NCBI GenBank assembly: GCA_018824085.1
Contig: JAHJHI010000054.1
Span: 7,362 to 71,361, forward strand
From: Gammaproteobacteria bacterium
GTDB lineage: Bacteria; Pseudomonadota; Gammaproteobacteria; Burkholderiales; Rhodocyclaceae
Direction of reading: 5' to 3'
Length of the DNA: 64,000 bases
Position numbers and translations under genes: made by a program. Under the pieces are notes generated by a model. That model ran no database searches, was not told the DNA's origin, and saw nothing but the letters and a program-made list of their open reading frames with translations. Numbering within the stretch: position 1 is the stretch's first letter; every line of letters starts with the position of its first letter. This document shows, piece after piece, positions 29,136 to 37,518 of the stretch.

Positions 29136-29378
29136 GCTTCATGTGCCCGGTCCGCGACACGGATCGCGGACACCCCGAGCCAGCCAGACCCGGTCATTCG
29201 TGGTCAGCCAGTCATGCATCCCCGGAAGGAGAACGCGATGACCGCTGACCACAGCCGATTCGACCCGCAAGCAAACCGTCACATTCCGTCGCGCCCGCCG
29301 CGACAACAGGCACGCGCCGGCCACCGCAACCCGCACGGTCGCGACACCTGTTCAACCCATTACAGAGAGAGGTCCACC

Positions 29379-30137
29379 ATGCTGCAGAAACACCTTCGTA
29401 CCAGCGCAACACGTGCACTGATCGCCGTTGCAACCATTGCCGCAACCGGTCTGGCACACGCCAACGCCACGCACAGCGCCTTCAGCGATCCCGCCGATTC
29501 GGTCGCCACGGACGGTTTCAACAACCTGACCTCGGCCCGCCTCACAGCCGCTGATCTCGTCGCGGGCGTCGCGTCGAACACGGAAACGGACGGCAATGCG
29601 GTGCTGACCAGGACGTCGGGCGGGGCATACCCGGCGTCGTCGGGCCTGTATCAGTGGAGCGGCAGCGGATCGACCTTCGCAATGTCGGTCTCCAACGCCG
29701 TTGATGGTCTGACCGGCATCGTGTTCCAGAGCTACATCAACGTCAGCACAGGTGCCAATGGAATCTTCGGGCTGCTGTCGGCGGACAACCTGCCTCGCCT
29801 CAACTTCAACGGTGGCGAACAGTTCCTGCTTGCCTCGACGCAGACGAGCGAAAACCTGGGCTACACCGACTTCTTCACCGGCCAGTTCGTTGCATCGGAT
29901 CCGAACAACCCCAATCACGTCACCTTCACGTGGGACTTTGCCAGTCTCGGCGTCACGGTGCCGGTCGACAGCTTCACCATCACGTTCGCGACCGACAACC
30001 ACGCCCAGACCACAGCGTTCCAGCTCGATCAGTTGTCGGTTGCCGCGCCGGTACCCGAGCCGCAAACGGCTGCGATGCTGCTCGGAGGCATGGCTGTGAT
30101 CTCGCTGATCGCCCGTCGCCGCAAGAACCTGAACTGA
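29379..30137 (+). CDS. PEP-CTERM surface protein 1 (alternative in-frame start at 29238)
   Basis: Signal peptide; C-terminal VPEPQTAAMLLGGMAVISLIARRRK. Confidence 0.9.
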   Translation: MLQKHLRTSATRALIAVATIAATGLAHANATHSAFSDPADSVATDGFNNLTSARLTAADLVAGVASNTETDGNAVLTRTSGGAYPASSGLYQWSGSGSTFAMSVSNAVDGLTGIVFQSYINVSTGANGIFGLLSADNLPRLNFNGGEQFLLASTQTSENLGYTDFFTGQFVASDPNNPNHVTFTWDFASLGVTVPVDSFTITFATDNHAQTTAFQLDQLSVAAPVPEPQTAAMLLGGMAVISLIARRRKNLN

Positions 30138-30151
30138 TAGCCCCTCCGGAA

Positions 30152-30183
30152 CGCGGGCGGCTTCCTTGCGGGAGCCGCCCGCG
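30152..30183 (+). other. Strong intercistronic hairpin with no U-tract
   Basis: CGCGGGCGGCTTCC-TTGC-GGGAGCCGCCCGCG. Confidence 0.65.
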
Positions 30184-30214
30184 TCCTGTCCACCTTCGCC
30201 GCTCTCCGCACACC

Positions 30215-32542
30215 GTGAAAACGCATAGATTTGTCTGCGTGTCGCTGCTCGGCACCCTCCTGTTGCCGACGATCTCCGTCGGGCAGGACGCATCCCGTGA
30301 CGAGGATGTCACCACGCTGCCCGAGGTCGAAGTACGGGACAAACGGGAATTGCGGCGCGCGCCGGATGTGGAGCTGCCGTCTGACCGCCCGGTCACCACG
30401 ATAACGGCTGAAGCAATAGAACGCCGGCAAGCTGACACGATATTCGACCTTCTGCGCGACACACCCGGAGTTGGCGTCAATGGCGGACCGCGCGCCAGCG
30501 GCATGAAGTTCAATCTGCGGGGTTTCTCGGACAACGAAGACGTGCTGTTCAAGATTGACGGCGCAGTCAAGGGTTTCGAGAAATACCGCTTCGGCAGCGG
30601 CGTCTTCATTGAACCCGAATTGCTCAAGGCGGTGGAAGTGGAAAGAGGGCCGTCGGTCAAATCCGGCTCCGGAGCGCTGGGCGGCACTGTTTCGGCAACC
30701 ACGAAGTCGGCTGCCGATTACCTCGCACCGGGTCAGCGCATCGGCAGCACACTGAAATACGGCTACAACGCAAACAACGCCGAGCGGCTGCGCATGCTCA
30801 CTGTCTATGGCCGGCCAAGCGGGTATCTCGATCTCGTTGCGTCAATCGCGCTGCGCGATTCGGACGACATTCGCCTGCCCGACCGCAGCCGGCTTTCCCT
30901 GACGGCCACTCATTCCGAAAGTCGCTTCGCCAAAGCCACCATCTACGCGACCGATGCACTGACGGTGGAGCTGAGTCAGACCATGTACAAGAGCGGTCCC
31001 GAGCGCACGCCCTACGACGCTACCGCGGGCGGCCCGGGCGGATTCGGCGTGGTCGAGCGAACGATTGAAGACACCACGACAAATCTTCGCGTGAATTACA
31101 CGCCGGAAGATTCATGGATTGCACTTCGCGCGACACTTGCATATGAAGAAACCGACCTGAATGACGTACACCGGAGCCAGCAGAGCAATGTGTGCGTGAC
31201 ACCACCCATGTTTCCTCCCTCGCAGCGCGTCGATCGCTGTGACGATCATTGGCAGTACGCGATCTGGACGGCCGAAGTTTTCAACGACACGCACTATGAT
31301 TTCGGCGAGCTGAAAGGCGTGCTGTCGATCGGCTACCAGGGGATACGTAACCGTCGCGATATCTCCCGCATCCGTTCGGGGGCACGAACCGATGAAGACA
31401 TATCGCGGGGTGGTTTCGTCGCCGCACAGCCCCCGGGGAACAAGATTTCGGACGCACTCATCGTCGAGAACGCTTTCACGTGGCGCGATATCACCATCAC
31501 TCCTGGCGCGCGAATGGACCGCTATCACGTCAGTGCCATGGGGCATACCCGCACCATGATGATTGAAGCCGGTCAGTCACCGGACATCCGGTTTTCCAGA
31601 GTCTCGCCTGCGATTGCCATGACCTGGCGCATTCCCGATAGCGACTGGTCAACAACCCTGCGCTACAACGAAGCGTTTCGTCCGCCGCTGATCGACGAGT
31701 ATTTCGCGGCTGGCAGCGAGTCGGCAAGCCGGTGCATAAAAACCAGCGGCAGAGCGAATCTGCCGGGCCACCCCGTACTCGATCCGCTACCGTTGTACGA
31801 CCGCTCCGGTGTCGGCCTTCCCTATGATCCCGCCCTCGATCTCGCGCCGGACAACGGGATATGCGGCGCGCTGTACCGCCCGCAAGAATCCTCAAATCAT
31901 GAATTGATATTCGCGTGGATGCCGAATCCGGTGGCCCCGACGGACGGCCGCTGGCGGGCACGCGCAACGTATTACGACATCCATACCCGCAACAAGCTGG
32001 ACTCCATCTCCAATATCGGCGGCGCAATCGGCCAGCCGGGCACCGAAAGACGCAAAGGCACCGAGCTCGAAATCAGCTATGACGGGATTCGCTGGTTCTC
32101 GTCGGTGAACTGGTCGCAAATCACCGGTCGCATCGTCGACCCGGTCGCCGGCACCGACTACGTGCTTTATGGCGTACCCGGGGACACACTGAGCATCAGC
32201 GCCGGATTTCGCGGATTCGACGGTCGCGTCGAAGCGGGCCTGCGCATGCGCGACATTGCCGACCGACTCGCCACGGAACCCAGTCAGCCCACCGATTGCT
32301 GGCGCGCTGGCTCTCAGCTCGTTCCCGGCCTTGGATCAAACAAGATCCGCCTCGGCACCCAGCATGGCGTACGCCTGCTCGACCTTTTCGCCAGCATGCA
32401 GGTCACGTCCGACACGGTATTGCGCCTGAACGTCGACAACATCACCAACGAGAACTATTGCCTGCCGGACGGCTTCGCCGGCTCGGTCGGCATTCAGGCG
32501 CCGGGCCGCAGCGCCAGAGTGTCGCTGACGATGAGCTTCTGA
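30215..32542 (+). CDS. TonB-dependent heme/hemoglobin-family receptor
   Basis: Signal peptide, TonB-box-like TLPEVEV, plug NLRG...DG, VEVERGP, FRAP-like AFRPP, C-terminal GRSARVSLTMSF; adjacent to hmu genes. Confidence 0.85.
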   Translation: MKTHRFVCVSLLGTLLLPTISVGQDASRDEDVTTLPEVEVRDKRELRRAPDVELPSDRPVTTITAEAIERRQADTIFDLLRDTPGVGVNGGPRASGMKFNLRGFSDNEDVLFKIDGAVKGFEKYRFGSGVFIEPELLKAVEVERGPSVKSGSGALGGTVSATTKSAADYLAPGQRIGSTLKYGYNANNAERLRMLTVYGRPSGYLDLVASIALRDSDDIRLPDRSRLSLTATHSESRFAKATIYATDALTVELSQTMYKSGPERTPYDATAGGPGGFGVVERTIEDTTTNLRVNYTPEDSWIALRATLAYEETDLNDVHRSQQSNVCVTPPMFPPSQRVDRCDDHWQYAIWTAEVFNDTHYDFGELKGVLSIGYQGIRNRRDISRIRSGARTDEDISRGGFVAAQPPGNKISDALIVENAFTWRDITITPGARMDRYHVSAMGHTRTMMIEAGQSPDIRFSRVSPAIAMTWRIPDSDWSTTLRYNEAFRPPLIDEYFAAGSESASRCIKTSGRANLPGHPVLDPLPLYDRSGVGLPYDPALDLAPDNGICGALYRPQESSNHELIFAWMPNPVAPTDGRWRARATYYDIHTRNKLDSISNIGGAIGQPGTERRKGTELEISYDGIRWFSSVNWSQITGRIVDPVAGTDYVLYGVPGDTLSISAGFRGFDGRVEAGLRMRDIADRLATEPSQPTDCWRAGSQLVPGLGSNKIRLGTQHGVRLLDLFASMQVTSDTVLRLNVDNITNENYCLPDGFAGSVGIQAPGRSARVSLTMSF

Positions 32543-32750
32543 ATGAAAATTCATATATCCGCATCGCGCCGCCACAGCGAGAATGCTGCGCGCCTCGGGT
32601 TTTCGACGCGCCACGAATGACATGGGAATGAACGGCGCGTTGCATGCCTGAACACCTCCTTGCACAGAAATTGGACACCCGTACACGAGAACCGGCACAA
32701 TCACGCCGGGAAACGGCCGCAATCATGCGCGTTGCACGAATTTCGACGCA

Positions 32751-32766
32751 TGGCTCGGCTCTTGCT
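32751..32766 (+). promoter_or_regulatory. Sigma54 -24/-12 promoter
   Basis: TGGCTCGGCTCTTGCT (GG-N10-GC). Confidence 0.55.
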
Positions 32767-32836
32767 CAGGAAAATCCGGCTCCCGCCGCATTGCCGTGCG
32801 GGCCGTACCCCGCCTGACCTGCAGGAGGTATTGACC

Positions 32837-32995
32837 GTGCCCGTTCGTGTCACCCGCCACCCCGGAAAACCGCACTGCCACGCCCTGAAGCCGCCCCCGG
32901 CATGCCGGAGCGATTCATGGGGAGCGCGCAGCGTTCGTCGCCGGCGATGGCGGCCGGCACCCGCATCGCGCACCGTCGCATCCGTTGCAACCTGA
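32837..32995 (+). CDS. Possible 52-aa ORF or remnant behind a strong RBS
   Basis: AGGAGG upstream of GTG at 32837; no recognisable domain. Confidence 0.3.
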   Translation: MPVRVTRHPGKPHCHALKPPPACRSDSWGARSVRRRRWRPAPASRTVASVAT

Positions 32996-33035
32996 CAGGC
33001 GCACCATTGGTGCGCGCTTACTGATCCATCTACCG

Positions 33036-33407
33036 ATGCCACACCCTTCCGATCCGGACTGCCTGGCAAACATGTCCGACGCCACCCCCTTCCCCGCGCT
33101 TGCAGGCAGCATTGATGCCGTCATGCTCATCCTTCGCCTGTCGGCCCGTTACGGCCCGCTGATGTTCCGCCACGGCAACAGTGCAGACGGCACCCAGCCA
33201 CTGTGCAGGCCGGTCGGCTCGATCGCGCTCGACGCCAGCGACGTCAAGCTCGGCGAGATCGCCGGCTGCGAGTACTGGGCTGACGCGACGGTATTCGAAC
33301 AGCTCAAGTCCGGCTCCCTGCTGCTCGACGTACGCGTAGCGAACAGCGCCAGCCCTGACGCACCGGCCCTGAGCGATCGCTTCGTGCTGCGCCGCATCGA
33401 TCACTGA
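33036..33407 (+). CDS. Divergent DUF779-family protein
   Basis: YGPLMF, DG..PLC, SDVKLGEIAGC, LLLDV pattern; the usual GGCC motif is replaced. Confidence 0.65.
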   Translation: MPHPSDPDCLANMSDATPFPALAGSIDAVMLILRLSARYGPLMFRHGNSADGTQPLCRPVGSIALDASDVKLGEIAGCEYWADATVFEQLKSGSLLLDVRVANSASPDAPALSDRFVLRRIDH

Positions 33408-33473
33408 AACAAGCGTTCTCGCTGCGTCGCCCCTCCGCTGCCGCGATTCGCGCGTCACCGCGTTCGTATCCGC

Positions 33474-33502
33474 TTGACACTTCAATACGAATCATTATCA
33501 TT
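33474..33502 (+). promoter_or_regulatory. Sigma70 promoter with Fur box for the small ORF-PEP-CTERM-hmuSTUV operon
   Basis: TTGACA at 33474; AATACGAATCATTATCATT at 33484-33502. Confidence 0.85.
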
Positions 33503-33541
33503 ACTGTTATTGAAACACCGCCGCGCCCGATCGCTCACACC

Positions 33542-33730
33542 ATGGCCGACGCACCCTGCACGCCGGATTCACTGAAAACACGGCTGGTCACCTTGCTGGA
33601 CGAGCTGATACGCCATGACGGCTTCGGCTCGCTCAGCGTCGAGGTGCGCCTGCTCAAGCGCGGCCAGAAGGAAGTCATCATCGACTGCGGCAAGCAATAC
33701 CGCTACGTCATCGATTTCGCACCCGGCTGA
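33542..33730 (+). CDS. Small hypothetical protein (62 aa)
   Basis: First ORF after the Fur box; protein-like sequence LLDELIRHDGFGSLSVEVRLLKRGQKEVIIDCGKQYRYVIDF. Confidence 0.8.
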   Translation: MADAPCTPDSLKTRLVTLLDELIRHDGFGSLSVEVRLLKRGQKEVIIDCGKQYRYVIDFAPG

Positions 33731-33852
33731 AACACACCGGGTAGCAGGCAAGACCTTCCGGCGGCGCGGGGCCGCGGAACATCCAATTGCAACATCCGCC
33801 TGAAACGTCGCCTTCGCGGGGAAGGGATGCATGGCTCGAACCGGGGTTCAAC

Positions 33853-34500
33853 ATGTCATTCCATCACCTGTGCACCACGGGCGCACTGTGCCTGCTCGCC
33901 TCCACTTCCGCTTTCGCGACCTCCGCCGCGTGGGACACCCCGCTCGCCGGATACAGCGGTGACGGCACCTCCAGTGCGGCACCCTGGGCGTCCGGCGCCG
34001 CCTACGCCGAGTGGAACGTTTTCGACAGCGCGTCCAGCGACGCCACGCCGGACATCGCCGGCAGCGGCACGCTCAGCCAGACGTCGCCCGGCGCAGGCGC
34101 CTTCCTGACCGGCAGCGGCAACATCTACAGCGCAGGCGGCGGCGCGGCCTTCTCGATCGATCTCGTCTCCTCGCTGACCGGCTCCTACGACATCTGGCTG
34201 CGCGTCGCCACCCAGGGCACCGCGGCCGACAGCGTCGCGACGCTCAACGGCATCGCGGCGACGAAGCAGGTGTCATTCAGCGCCGTGCTGGGCGGCTTTG
34301 GCGGCAGCGAAGAAGAAGCCTACTGGCACTGGACCGTATCCAGTCCGCTCGCGCTGCAGTTCAGCTTCGGCAGCTCGGAAGCGCACATGAGCCTCGACCA
34401 GCTCGCGGTTCTCGCCGCACCGGTGCCGGAACCCGCCACCTGGTTGTCGCTGGCCGCCGGCCTCGGTGTCATCGGCGCACTCGCGCGCCGTCGCGCCTGA
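33853..34500 (+). CDS. PEP-CTERM surface protein 2
   Basis: Signal peptide; C-terminal VPEPATWLSLAAGLGVIGALARRR. Confidence 0.9.
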   Translation: MSFHHLCTTGALCLLASTSAFATSAAWDTPLAGYSGDGTSSAAPWASGAAYAEWNVFDSASSDATPDIAGSGTLSQTSPGAGAFLTGSGNIYSAGGGAAFSIDLVSSLTGSYDIWLRVATQGTAADSVATLNGIAATKQVSFSAVLGGFGGSEEEAYWHWTVSSPLALQFSFGSSEAHMSLDQLAVLAAPVPEPATWLSLAAGLGVIGALARRRA

Positions 34501-34567
34501 TCACGTCCAGCGTTCCCCGGCGTCGCCTCCCGGCGGCACCGACCCATCTTGCGCACCGGAGATTTCC

Positions 34568-35635
34568 ATGCACCAGACAGCCGATCCTGAAAGCCTGTAC
34601 CACACCTTCCATGCGCTGAAAGCCGAGCGCAAGCTGCGCAACCGCGACGCCGCCGCCGCACTCGGCGTGAGTGAAGCCGAAGCCATCGCCAGCGGCGTCG
34701 GCCGCGACGCGGTGCGTCTGCGCGCGCCTTTCGACGCACTGTTCGTGCGCCTGCCCGAAGTGGGCGAAGTGATGGCGCTCACCCGCAACGAAGCCGCCGT
34801 GCATGAAAAGACCGGCCGCTTCGAAACGATGTCCGGCGACGCCAAGGTCGGGCTGGCACTCGGCAGCGCCATCGACCTGCGCATCTTCTATTCGCGCTGG
34901 CGCTTCGGCTACGCCGTCAGCGAGCCGGACGCGGAAGGCATCAAACGCAGCCTGCAGTTCTACGACGCACAGGGCAACGCTGTGCACAAGGTATTCGCGC
35001 GCGCCGGCACCGATGTCGACGCCTGGGCCAGGCTGGTGAGCGACTTCACCGACGACAACCAGCGGGCCGGCGAACGCGTGGAAGCAGCCGCCACCACCGC
35101 CCCGTCCGACGAAAAGCCGATCGAAGCGGTAGACGTCGACGCCTTCCGGCGTGACTGGCTGGCGATGCAGGACACGCACGATTTCTTCCCGTTGCTGCGC
35201 CGCCATGGCGTATCGCGCCGTCAGGCGCTGGCGCTGGCGCCGGAAGGCCACGCGCAGCGCATTGATCCGTCACAGTTGCGGCCGCTGCTCGAACAGGCTG
35301 CCGCCGATGGTTCATCCATCATGTGCTTCGTCGGCAACCCCGGCATGATCCAGATCCACACCGGTCTGGTGCGCCGCATCGAAGTGATGGGCCCGTGGCT
35401 CAACGTGCTCGACCCCGGCTTCAACCTGCACCTGAGGCAGGATCTCGTCGCCCAGGGCTGGATCGTTCGCAAGCCGACGTCGGACGGCATCGTCACGTCG
35501 ATCGAACTGCTCGACGCGGACGGTGAAACGATTGCGATGTTCTTCGGCGAGCGCAAGCCCGGCCAGCCGGAACGCGAGGACTGGCGTGCACTGGTGGCCG
35601 GCGTGAGCGACGCGCCGCAACCCGTGGCGGCATGA
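34568..35635 (+). CDS. hmuS: Hemin-degrading/trafficking factor HmuS/HemS
   Basis: RDAAAALGVSEAE, MALTRNEAAVHE, QFYDAQGNAVHK, THDFF, FVGNPGMIQIHTG, FFGERKPG. Confidence 0.95.
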   Translation: MHQTADPESLYHTFHALKAERKLRNRDAAAALGVSEAEAIASGVGRDAVRLRAPFDALFVRLPEVGEVMALTRNEAAVHEKTGRFETMSGDAKVGLALGSAIDLRIFYSRWRFGYAVSEPDAEGIKRSLQFYDAQGNAVHKVFARAGTDVDAWARLVSDFTDDNQRAGERVEAAATTAPSDEKPIEAVDVDAFRRDWLAMQDTHDFFPLLRRHGVSRRQALALAPEGHAQRIDPSQLRPLLEQAAADGSSIMCFVGNPGMIQIHTGLVRRIEVMGPWLNVLDPGFNLHLRQDLVAQGWIVRKPTSDGIVTSIELLDADGETIAMFFGERKPGQPEREDWRALVAGVSDAPQPVAA

Positions 35636-36471
35636 TGCGGCGGGCCGTCTTCGCCGCACTGTGTGCGTTTTGCTGCGCAGCGCTGGCCGATGCACCACAG
35701 CGGCTGGTCACGGTCGGCGGCGCGGTGAGCGAAATCGTCCACGCGCTGGGCGCGGCGCAGCGCATCGTCGCCACCGACACGACCAGCATCTGGCCGCCCT
35801 CGCTGCTGGCGCTGCCCAAGGTCGGCTACCAGCGCACGCTGGCGGCGGAAGGCGTGCTGTCGATGCGTCCGACGCACCTCATCGCCACCGCCGATGCCGG
35901 CCCGCCGGTCACGCTCACGCAGCTGCGCGGCGCCGGCGTGCAGGTCATCCAGCTGGACGAAGGCCATCGCGCAGCCCAGGTGAGCGAGGCCATACGCAAG
36001 GTTGCTGCCGCACTGTCGCTGGAGGACGCGGGGCGCGAGCTTGCGCAGCGTTTCGACGCCGACTGGGCCGCGGCACAGGCCGACGTGCGCGCGCTGCCCG
36101 GACGCCCGCGCGCGCTGTTCATCCTCGACCACGGCGGCAGCAATCCGATGGTCGCCGGCGACGACACCGCCGCCGCCGCGATGCTCGGCTACGCCGGCGC
36201 GGACAACGTGATGAGCGGGCGTTTCCGCGGCTATCGGCCCTTGACGCTGGAAGCGGCGCTGCTCGCCGCGCCCGACGTCATCGTCACGACCGACGAAGCC
36301 ATCGCCGCGGCCGGCGGGCGCGCCGCCTTTCTTGCGCGCTCCGGTCTGTCCGCACTGCCGGCCGCACGCGCCGGCAAGCTGGTGAGCCTCGACTCGCTGC
36401 GCATGCTCGGCTTCGGACCGCGCCTGCCGGGTGCCGTGCGCGCACTCGCGCAACAGCTGCACGCACGATGA
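35632..36471 (+). CDS. hmuT: Heme ABC transporter periplasmic protein
   Basis: VGGAVSEIVHALG, VGYQRTLAAEG (heme Tyr), LGFGPR. Confidence 0.93.
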   Translation: MMRRAVFAALCAFCCAALADAPQRLVTVGGAVSEIVHALGAAQRIVATDTTSIWPPSLLALPKVGYQRTLAAEGVLSMRPTHLIATADAGPPVTLTQLRGAGVQVIQLDEGHRAAQVSEAIRKVAAALSLEDAGRELAQRFDADWAAAQADVRALPGRPRALFILDHGGSNPMVAGDDTAAAAMLGYAGADNVMSGRFRGYRPLTLEAALLAAPDVIVTTDEAIAAAGGRAAFLARSGLSALPAARAGKLVSLDSLRMLGFGPRLPGAVRALAQQLHAR

Positions 36472-37517
36472 GCGACGCCGCACTTGCTCCGCCCTTCATC
36501 CGTGCGCACGGACGCACGCTGTGGCTGCTGGCGGCCGCCCTCGTGGCCGCACTGGTGCTCGCACTGGGCAGCGGGGCGGTCGCCATTCCGCCCGCCACCG
36601 TCATCGCCACGCTGCTCGGCGCGCACGACGACGCCCAGACTTCACTCGTGATCTGGAGCCTGCGCGTGCCGCGCGCGCTGCTCGGCATCATCGCCGGCGC
36701 CGGCATGGGCATCGCCGGCGCGGCGATGCAGGGACTGATGCGCAACCCGCTGGCTGACCCTGGCCTGGTCGGCGTGAGCAGCGGCGCCGCGCTTGCCGCA
36801 GCCGTCGTCGTCGTATTCGGGGAGCGGGCGATGAGCACCGGCGGCTGGGCCGCTGCCGCACTGCTGCCGGTGGCCGCCTTCACCGGCGCCGTGCTGACGA
36901 CGGCGCTCGTCTATGCCGCCTCGCGCCGCAACGGGCGCAGTTCCGTCACCCTCATGCTGCTGTCCGGCATCGCCATCAACGCACTCGCGCTGTCCGGCAT
37001 CGGCCTGCTGATGTTCATGGGCAGCGACGCACAGATACGCACCTTCACGTTCTGGACGCTGGGCAGCGTCGCCGGCGCCACGTGGCCCGGCGTCATCGCG
37101 GCCGGCTGCGCGGTCGGCCTCGCGCTGTTCGCGCTTTCCCGCAAGGCGGGCCCGCTCGATGCACTGGCGCTGGGCGAGGCGCAGGCGGCGCACCTGGGCG
37201 TCGCCGTCGGCCCGCTGAACCGCGCCTGCGTCGTGCTGATCGCCCTGTCGGTCGGCGCGACGACGGCACTCACCGGCAGCATCGGTTTCATCGGCCTCAT
37301 CGCACCACACGTCGCGCGTCGTCTGGTCGGCCCCGGTCATCGCCAGCTGCTGCCGGCCAGCGCGCTTGCCGGCGCCCTTCTCGTGCTGCTCGCCGACAGC
37401 GCCGCACGCACCTGGGCGGCACCGGCGGAATTGCCCATCGGCGTGCTCACCGCGCTGTTCGGCGCGCCCTTCTTCATGTTCCTGTTGCGCCGGCGCGTCG
37501 GCGCCGAAGGAGGCTGA
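36468..37517 (+). CDS. hmuU: Heme ABC transporter permease
   Basis: LRVPRALL, QGLMRNPLADPGLVGVSSGA, IGFIGLIAPH, ELPIG. Confidence 0.94.
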   Translation: MSDAALAPPFIRAHGRTLWLLAAALVAALVLALGSGAVAIPPATVIATLLGAHDDAQTSLVIWSLRVPRALLGIIAGAGMGIAGAAMQGLMRNPLADPGLVGVSSGAALAAAVVVVFGERAMSTGGWAAAALLPVAAFTGAVLTTALVYAASRRNGRSSVTLMLLSGIAINALALSGIGLLMFMGSDAQIRTFTFWTLGSVAGATWPGVIAAGCAVGLALFALSRKAGPLDALALGEAQAAHLGVAVGPLNRACVVLIALSVGATTALTGSIGFIGLIAPHVARRLVGPGHRQLLPASALAGALLVLLADSAARTWAAPAELPIGVLTALFGAPFFMFLLRRRVGAEGG

Positions 37518-37518
37518 C

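Noticed and set aside
29177-29193. GAGCCAGCCAGACC resembling the 3' end of a cobalamin riboswitch
   Set aside because: No upstream B12-box elements, and the preceding sequence is rpsD coding DNA.
32442-32645. Minus-strand 67-aa ORF with an AGGAGG RBS
   Set aside because: It overlaps the receptor 3' end in antisense, has no protein-like features and no clear promoter.
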